Shown: one piece after another, positions 38,216 through 48,441 of the stretch | Layout of the letters: each line of letters starts with the position of its first letter | Numbering within the stretch: the stretch's first letter is position 1 | Assembly (NCBI GenBank): GCA_020696385.1 | Contig: JAEHCQ010000001.1 | Span: forward strand, 1 to 64,000 | Source of the DNA: Methanobacteriota archaeon | GTDB taxonomy: Archaea > Thermoplasmatota > Thermoplasmata > SG8-5 > JAGLSY01 | Reading direction: 5' to 3' | DNA: 64,000 bases | Notes under the pieces: generated by a model | What the model was told of the DNA's origin: nothing | The model's database searches: none | What the model saw: only the letters and a program-made list of their open reading frames with translations | Translations under genes and position numbers: made by a program

Positions 38216-39268
38216 TCATACGCCAAGGATACTCTTCAATTTATTGAAATTGTCCGGATTGTCCTTGAGATATTGCCTTGCAGGAGCCAGTATATCCGCA
38301 ATACTGTCAGCCACCCCATTCTTGAGATCCATGGGGTGTAGCTCTCCTTTCGAATAGGCCTGGACAAGATCATCATAGGTCTCGAAATTAAGATCACCGC
38401 CGAACTTCTCCGGCCTCTTGATCTCCATCTTTCCCAGCATGGGGAATACGATAAGCCTGGCATGATCCAGAACTGGATTTGTATCCAAATCATCTGTCGG
38501 GCAATAGGCCTTGTTCAGCTTCTTCCTAATGGCCTTTGGCTCATCATGAATAAAGACGCATGAATTTGGATCAGATTTACTCATCTTGCCCTCTGCGGAA
38601 TCCATCCTGCCGCCGCCCTGAAGACCCATCAACAGTGGCCAATGAAGAGCCACTGGCTTCTTCTCTCCAAGTTTATCTGCGACATCACGTGCCAGCATAT
38701 GCGCGTGCCTCTGGTCCATCCCACCGATTGCCAGATCGACATCCATGTAGAATATGTCCGCGACCTGCATGGCCGGGTATATGAGCTTGGAAGCATCGCC
38801 GTCAGCTTCATCTTCCTGGCGGCCCATTATTGTCATCGCTCTCTTGATCCTGGCCACTGTCGAAGCTTTGGATACACGGAGAACTTTCTCCCAGTATTTT
38901 TCATCATTGGTAAAATCACTGGCATATCTGTAAACGATATTTGGGCCATCGGCTCCAAGTCCTTTCAGGCAGTCTGCGAGGTAATCACCACAGACCTTGA
39001 TATTGTCAAGATCCCCGCCCAACTTGTCATTGACGAAAGCATGCCAGTCAGCCATGAAGACAGTGACTTTAAAACCCAGATCGGAAAGATCCTTCAGCTT
39101 CTGGGCGACCATCAGACCCTGGCCGATATGCAGTAACCCAGATGGTTCCACACCCCAATAGGATACAAGCTCTCGGTCTTTCTCAAAGAGGGCTCTGGTC
39201 TCGGCTTCTGTAACCGCTTCTGTGCAGTTATGGGTCAGTTTCGCATATTTCTCGTCAATGGATGACAT
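38216..39268 (-). CDS. tyrS: Archaeal tyrosyl-tRNA synthetase
   Basis: YWGVEPSG.LHIG, YPAMQVAD, GGMDQR, KMSKS. Confidence 0.97.
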   Translation of the reverse strand: MSSIDEKYAKLTHNCTEAVTEAETRALFEKDRELVSYWGVEPSGLLHIGQGLMVAQKLKDLSDLGFKVTVFMADWHAFVNDKLGGDLDNIKVCGDYLADCLKGLGADGPNIVYRYASDFTNDEKYWEKVLRVSKASTVARIKRAMTIMGRQEDEADGDASKLIYPAMQVADIFYMDVDLAIGGMDQRHAHMLARDVADKLGEKKPVALHWPLLMGLQGGGRMDSAEGKMSKSDPNSCVFIHDEPKAIRKKLNKAYCPTDDLDTNPVLDHARLIVFPMLGKMEIKRPEKFGGDLNFETYDDLVQAYSKGELHPMDLKNGVADSIADILAPARQYLKDNPDNFNKLKSILGV

Positions 39269-39354
39269 ATTCTCTTGGAATACGGCAAAGAATATAGAAG
39301 TTACGGAAGAGAGAAGAAGGCCAATGTGCTTTCATTTAATTACTACAATATGCC

Positions 39355-42300
39355 CTAGCCAGTCATCTCATTGAGGGAATCTTCAGTCTTTTTTGCCCAT
39401 AGCTTCATCCCCATGTCCTTGAACATGCTTTGGGTCTTTTCCAGCTGTTCCCTAGCTCTTTTCGTCTCTCCTATTTTGGACAACATGGTCCCATGATCAT
39501 AGAGCAAAAGGGCCAATTCCTTTTTCATTCCCATACCATCAAGATATTTTATGCCCTTTTCGAACATATCATTGGCCAGTTCCCATTCCTCTTTTGCCGT
39601 GTGAATATTGCCAAGAGTATGGAATTGGAGATCATGATGCTTTTCTCCAAAGTTCTCTTGATTCAGGGCATCAGCCTTCTTCACGTACTCCTCTGCTCGA
39701 TCTATGTCACCCTGCCTCAGCCAGCAATCTGAAAGAAGGTACAAGGTTGAGACCATAATATGGTAGATCTTAATCTCTTCAGCGATGATAAGACTCTCCT
39801 CCAAAAGACCCTTTGCTTTTTCAGGGTCTTCAAAGGTGAGATTGAGCGCCCCCTCCAATAAGAAGATCTCGGCCAGCTGGAACTTGTCCTTGGTGCTGTC
39901 CACCATCTCCCTGACCTTGATGTAGTAATCCATGGAAGTGTCGTAATCGCCTTTGTAATGATAGACAGTCCCCAGATAATTATAGATAAGACTCAGGCCG
40001 TATTTGTCACCCAGATCCTGTTTGATTACCAGACTCTGGCGATAGTATTCCTCTGCGAGGTCAAGCTCCCCTCTTGAAAAATGGACCAATCCTATATTTA
40101 TCAATGATCCGCCAATCGAATATTTAGCTCCTGCCTTTCTTTTTATCTCCAGGCTTCTGCTATGACATTCCAGAGCCTTGTCAAGGTTTCCAATGCTATC
40201 ATGGAGCAAACCCATATTGTTAAGCACCGAGGCTATGCCCATCATATTCTCCATCTCCTCCTCTAGCTCCAGCGATCTGATGTAATGTGGCAGAGCCTTC
40301 ATGTACTGACCTCTCTGATGTCCGATTACCCCGAGGAGCATCTCCGCCATTCCGATCAGACTTTTATCAGATTGTTCTTTGGCAATGGCCAGACACTTGA
40401 TGAAGTATTCTTCAGCGGAATCAAAATCACTCTGCCTCAGCTCGATCCGGCCCATGGAATTGTACAAGAGCGCCTTTACCCGGGATTCACCGCTACCAAC
40501 AAGAGCCAGACCCTTTTCTCCAGCTTCCCTAGCATTATCATATTCGGCCTTGCGAGTGTACACATCCGATATTCTCTCCCAGATAGTGGCCTTCTCCAAG
40601 TTACCGGTCTCTACCTCGAACAGCTTTTGATACTTTTCCAGTGCTTCATCATAATTCCCCAAAAGTGACTGAACGTCCCCCATTCCTTTGATCAGATCGC
40701 GAAGGTCCTCGGGAGAAAGATCAGGAACTTGATGTGATATACTTTCGGCCTGCTGGTAGAATAATAGCGCCTGCTCTGGGGCAAAAGCATTGGCCGCCCT
40801 ATCACCGGCTCTGAAAGAGTATCGGAAGGTCTTATGATATTCCCTCGTATGAGAAAAATGTCTGGCAAGGTCATATGCCACCTCGTCCATCCTGTCGAGA
40901 TAAGTGTCTTCGTAATACTCTCCCAGGCTCTTGTGGTATATGGATTTCCTAATGTCGCCCATTGAGTTGTATACGACATCTTGGATTATGCCGTGCATGA
41001 ACTCGCCATTGTCACCACATTTTTTGATCACCCTGGCCAGTCTAAGCTTTTCGAAGCTATGATCCGGATCTTCCACATTTTTGAAAGCTTGAATGACCGA
41101 TCGGGGAAACACCCTTCCGATACAAGATGCGTATTCTGAAAGGGAAAGGGAATCAGGCTCCAGATTCATTAGTTTGTTTATCACGACCTCTTCGACCGAA
41201 GAAGGGAGAGCTACCTCTTCATTGAGCAACTGGTACTCCTCCTCAATGAAACCGATACTACCATCATCTTTCATCTGCCTGATGACCTCGATCAGGAAAA
41301 ATGGATTTCCGCCACATTGTTCCACGACCTTGTTCACAAAACCAGATTTGAATGAATTGGGGGAACACAGGATATCAAGAAGATCTTTCAGAGATAGGTC
41401 ATCCATTTTATCCAGTTCCAGTAAGGTGGTTCCCTCTCCAGATAGACTTTTGAGGCATGATTTTAGACCACTCTCTTTGGTTGCAGGTGGGCGATTGGTA
41501 CCGACAAGCAATATGTTTTTATCGATCACATTTCTGGCAATGTATTCAAAAGCGAACAGTGAAGGTTCATCAGCCCATTGAAGATCCTCAAGAACAATGA
41601 CCAGTGGTTCGGAACTGGCCAGTTCCACAAGGTGATCCAGTATGAAATTAGATATCCTGTACCTTTCATTAACGAGGTTAACACCTTCCATGTCCCTCCG
41701 TACAAGGAATTTCGTATCTGCCATTATTTTAGTGGCTTCTTCAACTGGAGCCATATCATCAATCTTTCCGGTCCATGAATCGATAAGGGAGCCATGATCC
41801 CTCTCCAGTTCCTGCAGGGTTCGTTTCAGCACCCCCTTCATATCCGGATGCTCCACACCCTGGGTAACGGCGGTCAGGAACAGATGCTCCCCGTGCTCTA
41901 TGAGGATCTTCATGTCTCCATATTCCAGCCTCCCAAGACCTTTGGCCTTATCACCGGTCCGAGAAGGGTCAAAAGAATCCCTTACAAAATTTTGGACAGC
42001 GGACAGCATACCTGCAAAAATGTCAGAATCCAGATCCTTGTCGTCTGATGAGGATTCTCCGATCAGAAGGCCACCACCATTGACAGCAAAGACCTTGGTA
42101 AAAGAAATGTACTCCTCTTCGTGAAATAATGGTCTATCCAATTCATTCTTCAAAAGGCTTGAGAAAAGGTGGAAAGGAATCACCGAATCAGCATCCGCAG
42201 AGCTTACAAGGGTCTTTATCCCATTCTCACAAGTCATAGACTGGAACTCTTCGATCAGTCGGGTCTTTCCAATCCCAGCCTCTCCAGTTATGATTATCGA

Positions 42301-42450
42301 GGAGCCATTACCCTCCATTTGGTTCTGAAGGGCGATGCTGAGAAAACCAATCTCCTCATCCCTGCCAATGATCCTGGATTGGTATGGTTCAGAAACCACT
42401 TTGCAATCGTCGGCATCGACATCAACACATTGATCGCTATTTGACATCAT
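39355..42450 (-). CDS. STAND ATPase with an inserted longin/roadblock-like domain and TPR array
   Basis: IIGR, GEAGIGKT, insert VFAVNGGGLLI..DIFAGMLSAVQNFVRDSF..LEYGDMKILIEHG..W.G, LEDLQWAD, GGNPFF, TPRs. GGAGG SD before 42450. Confidence 0.88.
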   Translation of the reverse strand: MMSNSDQCVDVDADDCKVVSEPYQSRIIGRDEEIGFLSIALQNQMEGNGSSIIITGEAGIGKTRLIEEFQSMTCENGIKTLVSSADADSVIPFHLFSSLLKNELDRPLFHEEEYISFTKVFAVNGGGLLIGESSSDDKDLDSDIFAGMLSAVQNFVRDSFDPSRTGDKAKGLGRLEYGDMKILIEHGEHLFLTAVTQGVEHPDMKGVLKRTLQELERDHGSLIDSWTGKIDDMAPVEEATKIMADTKFLVRRDMEGVNLVNERYRISNFILDHLVELASSEPLVIVLEDLQWADEPSLFAFEYIARNVIDKNILLVGTNRPPATKESGLKSCLKSLSGEGTTLLELDKMDDLSLKDLLDILCSPNSFKSGFVNKVVEQCGGNPFFLIEVIRQMKDDGSIGFIEEEYQLLNEEVALPSSVEEVVINKLMNLEPDSLSLSEYASCIGRVFPRSVIQAFKNVEDPDHSFEKLRLARVIKKCGDNGEFMHGIIQDVVYNSMGDIRKSIYHKSLGEYYEDTYLDRMDEVAYDLARHFSHTREYHKTFRYSFRAGDRAANAFAPEQALLFYQQAESISHQVPDLSPEDLRDLIKGMGDVQSLLGNYDEALEKYQKLFEVETGNLEKATIWERISDVYTRKAEYDNAREAGEKGLALVGSGESRVKALLYNSMGRIELRQSDFDSAEEYFIKCLAIAKEQSDKSLIGMAEMLLGVIGHQRGQYMKALPHYIRSLELEEEMENMMGIASVLNNMGLLHDSIGNLDKALECHSRSLEIKRKAGAKYSIGGSLINIGLVHFSRGELDLAEEYYRQSLVIKQDLGDKYGLSLIYNYLGTVYHYKGDYDTSMDYYIKVREMVDSTKDKFQLAEIFLLEGALNLTFEDPEKAKGLLEESLIIAEEIKIYHIMVSTLYLLSDCWLRQGDIDRAEEYVKKADALNQENFGEKHHDLQFHTLGNIHTAKEEWELANDMFEKGIKYLDGMGMKKELALLLYDHGTMLSKIGETKRAREQLEKTQSMFKDMGMKLWAKKTEDSLNEMTG

Positions 42451-42554
42451 GATCCTCCAGGCAATGGGAATAGAGAACTGGATAGAAATAATTGTCCCCA
42501 ACTGCCCCCCCTAATTTTTGAGGTTCTCATAATCACTTATTAGGTTCACATTGC

Positions 42555-43871
42555 TCAAAGCCCATCTAAAAATGATGGATCGGAGGCTCTATAGATATAG
42601 GTCATCTTGTCATGCAATTCTATGACCGCACTTCCATTCTCGAACTCACTGGCATAAGGGTTGTCAGGATTATCCAACCAGTTATCGAAGGCCATGTGGA
42701 ATTCATCAACATCCGAATAGAAGTCCCATTCGATGATCCAACAGCTAAGCCAGTCTTCCTGGTTCTCGTAATAAAAGAAGCTATCACCACCCCAGCCAGC
42801 TGCTGCAATTGCGGCCTCAGAGGCAGGGATATAGCGTTCCAACATTATGGAGACCATGTATTCTCCAAGTGTATCATTTAGAGTTAGACCAAGGCCACTA
42901 ATATTGTCTGGAGCGAATATGTTTATTTGTACAGGCATCTCACCTGACTGGTATTTATCAAAATGCAATATCTGTTCTGTGGAGATCGGGGCTGTCTCGT
43001 ACGCTCCGTCAATACCATCCCAACCATTCTGGCCATACAGCTTCTGAGCAAAGGTCATTCCTTCAAGATATGGGAAGGACATGAGTTTCTCAATGGCATA
43101 GGGGATCTCCGGAGTTTCAGTTCCTTCCATGCCATACATGGAAGATGCCAGCTCCAATTGCTCAGATGTAGACAGGGAAAGGATATACTGTATCATCATG
43201 AAGGAAGCATCTCCCTCCACAAGGGCCTCCATGGCCGATGACTCGTCCCATGTATCGCCAGTGAAATTACTTAGATCAAAATGCTGGTCCTGCAAAGCAT
43301 GTGTGAACTCGTGTACCATTATGATGGTATCGAAATCAGAAGAAGAGCCAGTATCAATTATCACCATCTCCTTTGATTCCGAATCATAGTATCCGAGGAC
43401 CTGTTCTGTAAGAGCATCAGTATATGCGGGAGCCAATTCATCAATGGAATCTATCAGGAATATGGAATACAGGACACGCGCGGATTCATTGAGAGCTTCT
43501 TGATCCAGCATATCGCCCATTGCGACCTCCAGATCTTCCTCGGTCATGTATCTGTATGTGATGTCCTCAAGAGCTTCCAAGTCTCTGACCTCGGCAATGT
43601 CCTGGATCGTGATGTCCATTGTATTATCATCATCATCACCCGATGAACCAACACCATCCAGGAGTACCAGGAAAGCAAAGGGTGCGGTGAACAATAATAT
43701 TATTACAATAAGAGCGAGCCAGCTCTTTTTTTTCTTGGAGGGAGGTATGGTTATCCCGGGATATTCAGGATTAAGTGGAGGTTCCGCATTGACCTCCACT
43801 TCCGGTTGTGGCGATGGGTCAATGGATACATTATCTTCGGCCACATGAACAGCCTCATCCCTATTTTCCAT
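42555..43871 (-). CDS. Membrane-anchored putative zinc metallopeptidase (Hvo_1808-like surface protein)
   Basis: TM, GYYD, HEFTHALQDQHF, ALVEGDA, FPYLEG, P.STEQILH, GWGGD. Confidence 0.8.
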   Translation of the reverse strand: MENRDEAVHVAEDNVSIDPSPQPEVEVNAEPPLNPEYPGITIPPSKKKKSWLALIVIILLFTAPFAFLVLLDGVGSSGDDDDNTMDITIQDIAEVRDLEALEDITYRYMTEEDLEVAMGDMLDQEALNESARVLYSIFLIDSIDELAPAYTDALTEQVLGYYDSESKEMVIIDTGSSSDFDTIIMVHEFTHALQDQHFDLSNFTGDTWDESSAMEALVEGDASFMMIQYILSLSTSEQLELASSMYGMEGTETPEIPYAIEKLMSFPYLEGMTFAQKLYGQNGWDGIDGAYETAPISTEQILHFDKYQSGEMPVQINIFAPDNISGLGLTLNDTLGEYMVSIMLERYIPASEAAIAAAGWGGDSFFYYENQEDWLSCWIIEWDFYSDVDEFHMAFDNWLDNPDNPYASEFENGSAVIELHDKMTYIYRASDPSFLDGL

Positions 43872-44022
43872 GGATAATCATTATCCTTTGATATTATAAA
43901 ACTATGTCACCATAAATGATCATTGTTATACATCTAAAATGTCAACTATAGTATTCTATGATAATAACCCTTATTTAGTCCATCAGCATCCCCCACCTTT
44001 AACTACTAATCAAAGGTGGTTT

Positions 44023-44120
44023 TGAATGCGAGAGCAAAGCGATTGCATTCAAAACTTCGAAAGAATCGAAGTTTTAAATACACGAACCGAGTTCGCGTAT
44101 TCAAGAGTCCGAGAGATTCA
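44023..44120 (+). promoter_or_regulatory. Multi-hairpin 5' leader, family 1 copy B
   Basis: TGAATGC-N15-GCATTCA / AAACTTCGA-AAGAA-TCGAAGTTT / AATACACGAA-CCGAG-TTCGCGTATT, just upstream of the GGAGG SD. Confidence 0.65.
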
Positions 44121-44138
44121 AAATGGAGGAATCTAGAT

Positions 44139-45263
44139 ATGGCAAAATATAAGATAGCTTGGCTACCCGGAGACGGGATAGGTGCAGAGGTTATGGAAGC
44201 GGCCCGTATAGTCCTTGACGAAGTGGGTCTGGATGCGGAGTACATCCCAGGAGATATCGGTTGGGAGTTCTGGAAGTCTGAAGGCAATCCAATGCCTGAT
44301 AGGACCATCGAACTTCTGAGAAGTACTGATTGTTGTCTGTTTGGAGCTATCACTTCCAAGCCAAAAGAGGAGGCAGCCAAGGAACTGGATCCTTCGCTTC
44401 AGGGAAAGGGATTTGTTTATTCCAGTCCAATCGTGGGCATGAGACAATTACTCAATATGCACACAAATATGCGCCCATGCAAAGCATTCCCAACCAATCC
44501 TGCTAACTTTAGAGATGGCATAGACATCACAGTGTTTAGGGAAAACACCGAGGGTCTTTACGCAGGTGTGGAATTCCATCCACTCCCAGAAAACCTGAGG
44601 AACTCGCTGAAGGAACATAATCCAAAGATGGCGAAGTTCGATTTCGCGGCCAATGACGAGATCGCCGTATCACTCAGAATTATTACAAAACGCGGAGCTA
44701 CCAACATTATCACCAGTGCCTTTGAATATGCCAGAAAGATGGGCAAGAAGAAGGTCACTGTGGCTGAGAAGCCAAATGTCATAAGGGAAACATCTGGCCT
44801 GTTCCTGAGGACCGCCAGAGAGATCCATAAGAATTATCCAGAGATCGAGATGGAAGAGAACAATATCGACGCTATCGCAATGTGGCTGGTCAAGAACCCA
44901 GAGGATTATGAGGTTATAGTCACAAGTAATCTGTTCGGTGATATTTTGTCGGATATAACCGGCATGCTGACCGGAGGAATGGGCACAAGTGCAGCGGCCA
45001 ATATTGGAGATGATTATGCGGTGTTCGAACCAACCCATGGTTCAGCTCCGAAATATATCGGAATGTACAAAGTCAACCCGATAGCCCAGATTATGTCAGC
45101 CAAGCTCATGCTGGACTGGCTAGGCGAGACAGAGAAGGCAGATAAGATCTACAATGCGATCGCCAAGGTCATCGTGGAGAAGAAAGTTCTCACATACGAC
45201 ATGGGCGGAACTGCCAGTACACTCGAAGTGGCAAAAGAGATAGCATCAAAGCTGGGTCAGTAA
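44139..45263 (+). CDS. Isocitrate/isopropylmalate dehydrogenase family protein
   Basis: PGDGIG.EV, RENTEGLY, NLFGDILSD, FEPTHGSAP, NPIA. Substrate not assignable by eye. Confidence 0.92.
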   Translation: MAKYKIAWLPGDGIGAEVMEAARIVLDEVGLDAEYIPGDIGWEFWKSEGNPMPDRTIELLRSTDCCLFGAITSKPKEEAAKELDPSLQGKGFVYSSPIVGMRQLLNMHTNMRPCKAFPTNPANFRDGIDITVFRENTEGLYAGVEFHPLPENLRNSLKEHNPKMAKFDFAANDEIAVSLRIITKRGATNIITSAFEYARKMGKKKVTVAEKPNVIRETSGLFLRTAREIHKNYPEIEMEENNIDAIAMWLVKNPEDYEVIVTSNLFGDILSDITGMLTGGMGTSAAANIGDDYAVFEPTHGSAPKYIGMYKVNPIAQIMSAKLMLDWLGETEKADKIYNAIAKVIVEKKVLTYDMGGTASTLEVAKEIASKLGQ

Positions 45264-46070
45264 ATGGCCGGCTTCAGCTATTGCACCCTGGGAAGCGGAA
45301 GCAGTGGTAATTCCCTCGCTGTTTGGGACAGCGAGGGGCTTTTCCTTGTAGATGCGGGCTTCAGTGGAAAGGAGATAAAGAAAAGACTGGATGCAATAGG
45401 CCAGGCTCCGGAAGATATCACCGCCCTTGTCATCACTCATGACCATGGAGATCACGTTAAGGGCGCCGGTGTTCTGAGCCGAAGATATGATATTCCCATC
45501 TATGCCACGAGAAAAGTGCTGGATGGGAAATTTTTCAATAAGGAGAGACTGAGCGCGGAGAAGGAGATCAAGCCCGATAAGAAGTTCACCATTGGTAACT
45601 TCGAGATCCTTGGTTTCGAAGTCCCACATGATGCTAGCCAGACCCTGGGATATAGGATCCAGAGCAATGGCAGTCGCATGGCCATCGCCACTGATATCGG
45701 GCATATGCCAGAGAGAGTGATCCCCATCCTGAAGGGGTGTAATGGACTTGTTCTAGAATCAAATCATGATATCGAAATGCTGAAGAACGGGCCATATCCG
45801 GCTTATCTGAAAAGACGGATATTGAGCGAAACCGGACACTTGCCGAATACCGAGAGCGGTGATGTTCTCATCAAGGTCATCGGACCAGAGACAAAGCATG
45901 TGACACTGGCTCATCTGAGCGAGGAGAATAATACCCCGGAAGTCGCACTGGAAACTGTCAAGACCATCCTGTCAAGCAATAAGGTCAATGAGGTCACGGT
46001 CATCCCGGCCAGCCAGGAAGAGGTTGGCGACGTGGTGGATCTAAGGCGACCCTTTGCCCATTCTTCTTGA
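45264..46070 (+). CDS. MBL-fold metallohydrolase (YycJ/WalJ-like)
   Basis: LGSGSSGN, THDHGDH, VPHDA, ESNHD, GHL.N, AHLSEENN. Confidence 0.9.
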   Translation: MAGFSYCTLGSGSSGNSLAVWDSEGLFLVDAGFSGKEIKKRLDAIGQAPEDITALVITHDHGDHVKGAGVLSRRYDIPIYATRKVLDGKFFNKERLSAEKEIKPDKKFTIGNFEILGFEVPHDASQTLGYRIQSNGSRMAIATDIGHMPERVIPILKGCNGLVLESNHDIEMLKNGPYPAYLKRRILSETGHLPNTESGDVLIKVIGPETKHVTLAHLSEENNTPEVALETVKTILSSNKVNEVTVIPASQEEVGDVVDLRRPFAHSS

Positions 46071-46163
46071 TCATATTATTCAGTAACTTATTTTATCAGG
46101 TTCGTCTATTGTGCTATAACAGATTAAGCTCCAACACTAGAGGGGCCATTGAATGGTGATAAA

Positions 46164-46685
46164 ATGGACAAAGGTATAGAGATCGTTGCAGAGTTGATGA
46201 GGATAGCGGCCATAACCGCGCCAAAGGCCATTGGCCAGGATTATGTCGAGGTCAAGATAGCCACTGAGGAAGAGATCGGTAGGATGGTCGATGACATGCT
46301 GAGGATCGCGAGAGAGGAGAACAGTCCTGGCTTCGAGCGCGATGCAAATAATCTGCTGACATCCGGGGGCCTGGTCCTGATAGGCGTGCGCGATCACAAA
46401 GGAATAGGGCTCAATTGCGGATCATGTGGTTTCGACACATGCGCGGAATTCAATGCCAGACCTCGCACAGACAGAGTGCTCAATGGACCAAATTGCATGC
46501 TGAGACTTCTTGACATGGGCATAGCATTGGGTAGTGCGGCCAAGACCGCGCAAATAAACAATGTGGACAATAGGATAATGTACCGAATTGGAGTCGCGGC
46601 CAAGAACGCTGGCGTGATGGATTCCAATGTCATAATGGGAATACCTCTTAGTGTTAGTAGCAAGAGCATTTATTATGACAGATAA
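46164..46685 (+). CDS. DUF2148 ferredoxin-domain protein (nitroreductase-like)
   Basis: AA.TAPKA.G.D, NCGSCGFDTC, GPNC, DMGIALGSAAK, VDNRIMYRIG, KSIYYDR. Confidence 0.88.
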   Translation: MDKGIEIVAELMRIAAITAPKAIGQDYVEVKIATEEEIGRMVDDMLRIAREENSPGFERDANNLLTSGGLVLIGVRDHKGIGLNCGSCGFDTCAEFNARPRTDRVLNGPNCMLRLLDMGIALGSAAKTAQINNVDNRIMYRIGVAAKNAGVMDSNVIMGIPLSVSSKSIYYDR

Positions 46686-46707
46686 TGGATGATAGAAAAA
46701 TAGCGGA

Positions 46708-47508
46708 TCATGTTCTTTCATGTCTTGTTTTATTACGCTTGAACTCCCTATCCAGCTTAACGAGATTATCCTTCACCTTTCCAACATTGGTGCCGTCAAG
46801 CAAGTACATGGATGACTTTTTCATGTCGGCCAGTTGATTTCTCATCACCACTCCAAACCAGCTTCTCTTCTCATTGATATAAGTTCCACCACAAAGATCA
46901 TTGAAGGCGGGCATCATGATGTACTTGCCACCTATTTCATCATACCTATCCGCGCACTTCTTCTTATCCCATTCACCACGTAGCCAGCACTTCATCGTGC
47001 CGCGTGTTTCCAGATTGTCAAGAAATAGGGTCGTTGGGTGGTAGTGACCGAATATCACAGTCTCGGAGGCCATGACCTCCTCCAAGGGCCATGCATGGCC
47101 ATGCCATATTCCGATGTCGGCATCATCCAGTTTCATCCCGCTGGATGGGTGCACCTTCACCCCGGATGGCACGAAATGTTCAATATTGCCGTCGTGGTTT
47201 CCCTTTGTTATGTGAAGCTCATCGACATGAGCCAGTATGTCCCGGAAGAACAAGGGAAGCTCCCTCTCTTCCTGGTAGCTGTGGCCTGGAACCTGGTGTT
47301 TCACATCACCAGCCAGTACAAGCCTTTTAACATCATTGTCCTTCAGGAGCTGAAGTATCTTCTTCTTCAGCTCATTTGTGCCACTGGGTATCTCCGCCCC
47401 GGCCTTGAATATCTCATATTCGATACCGATGTGAATGTCGGCAATTATCATGGTCGACAGTTCTTCAATCAAAAGAACTGGTTCGCCATGGATCGGCATG
47501 ATGTCCAT
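46708..47508 (-). CDS. Calcineurin-like metallophosphoesterase
   Basis: ADIHIG, GDVKH, GNHD, HGH, GHYHP, MPAFN. Confidence 0.9.
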   Translation of the reverse strand: MDIMPIHGEPVLLIEELSTMIIADIHIGIEYEIFKAGAEIPSGTNELKKKILQLLKDNDVKRLVLAGDVKHQVPGHSYQEERELPLFFRDILAHVDELHITKGNHDGNIEHFVPSGVKVHPSSGMKLDDADIGIWHGHAWPLEEVMASETVIFGHYHPTTLFLDNLETRGTMKCWLRGEWDKKKCADRYDEIGGKYIMMPAFNDLCGGTYINEKRSWFGVVMRNQLADMKKSSMYLLDGTNVGKVKDNLVKLDREFKRNKTRHERT

Positions 47509-47582
47509 GATTCATGGAAAGCCAGATTCTCATTAAAACTCTTTGCCCTATATCACAAACAGTAGCCAGGCCATAAGATCGT

Positions 47583-48347
47583 TCAATAGCCCCTGATGTC
47601 ATCATCCTCATCGATATGATCCCCGACCATTCCAAAATCCATTATCTCGCCCTCGCCAGTAGCATATATCCTGGCTTTCGAAACATCCAGCTCCCGCAAT
47701 TCCTCTATCATGAAATTGCGGTTTGGTGCTATGACGTTTGTACCGGATGCCAGCGGACTGAAAGCAGGCATGATAATAAATTTATTTGTTTTGCCATATA
47801 AAAAGCAAGGCATGGTTATTCTGGCTCCGATCTCATCTCTAAGTCTAAGGACTGGATGCTCGTGACCGTATATGGTGATTATACTTTCATCATAGGTAGC
47901 CAATGACTTACTGGAAAGGTGTCCATGAGTTATCTGAAAGTTATCTATACTGTAACTGTCAGCCATCTCCACATCGCGTTTACTGATTATCGTCTTCAGG
48001 AAATTATCATGGTTTCCCCTGACAAATTTGACACTGGCTCCCTTATCATTTATGAAGTCAATTAGCTGGAATACCTCATCCCATTCCTGCCCCAGATTCC
48101 TCGCAAATTCGTGTTTGATATCGCCATTTATGATGACCTGGCTCGGAGAAAAATGATCCATCGCATTACCGAGAGTTTCCAGGATCTGTTTGAACTGGAA
48201 ATCTGGTATGGCCACTCCCTCAGCCCTCATGGATGCCTCATATCCCACATGCAGATCGGAGATCACCATGGTCTCGGATCTGGGGATGAGGATCGTATTG
48301 TACGAACTGAGGATGATACCATTTGGGAGTTTGATCTCAGTTCTCAT
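47583..48347 (-). CDS. Calcineurin-like metallophosphoesterase (second paralog)
   Basis: SDLHVG, GDIKH, GNHD, HGH, GHEHP, MPAFS. Confidence 0.9.
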   Translation of the reverse strand: MRTEIKLPNGIILSSYNTILIPRSETMVISDLHVGYEASMRAEGVAIPDFQFKQILETLGNAMDHFSPSQVIINGDIKHEFARNLGQEWDEVFQLIDFINDKGASVKFVRGNHDNFLKTIISKRDVEMADSYSIDNFQITHGHLSSKSLATYDESIITIYGHEHPVLRLRDEIGARITMPCFLYGKTNKFIIMPAFSPLASGTNVIAPNRNFMIEELRELDVSKARIYATGEGEIMDFGMVGDHIDEDDDIRGY

Positions 48348-48441
48348 ATTATCCCATAATGGAACAATGGTAAAAAACCTTAAGTGCATAATTATATATG
48401 TTGGAGCAGCAATAATTGAAATATATCACTGGTGGAACAAG

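Noticed and set aside
39355-42450. Avs-type antiviral STAND system
   Set aside because: No nuclease, SIR2, TIR or protease effector and no defence-island context; motifs fit the signalling AAA_16-TPR class.
44016-44138. Basic N-terminal extensions on ORFs 44016 and 38095
   Set aside because: Read-through of the hairpin leaders; SD-supported starts are at 44139 and 38005.
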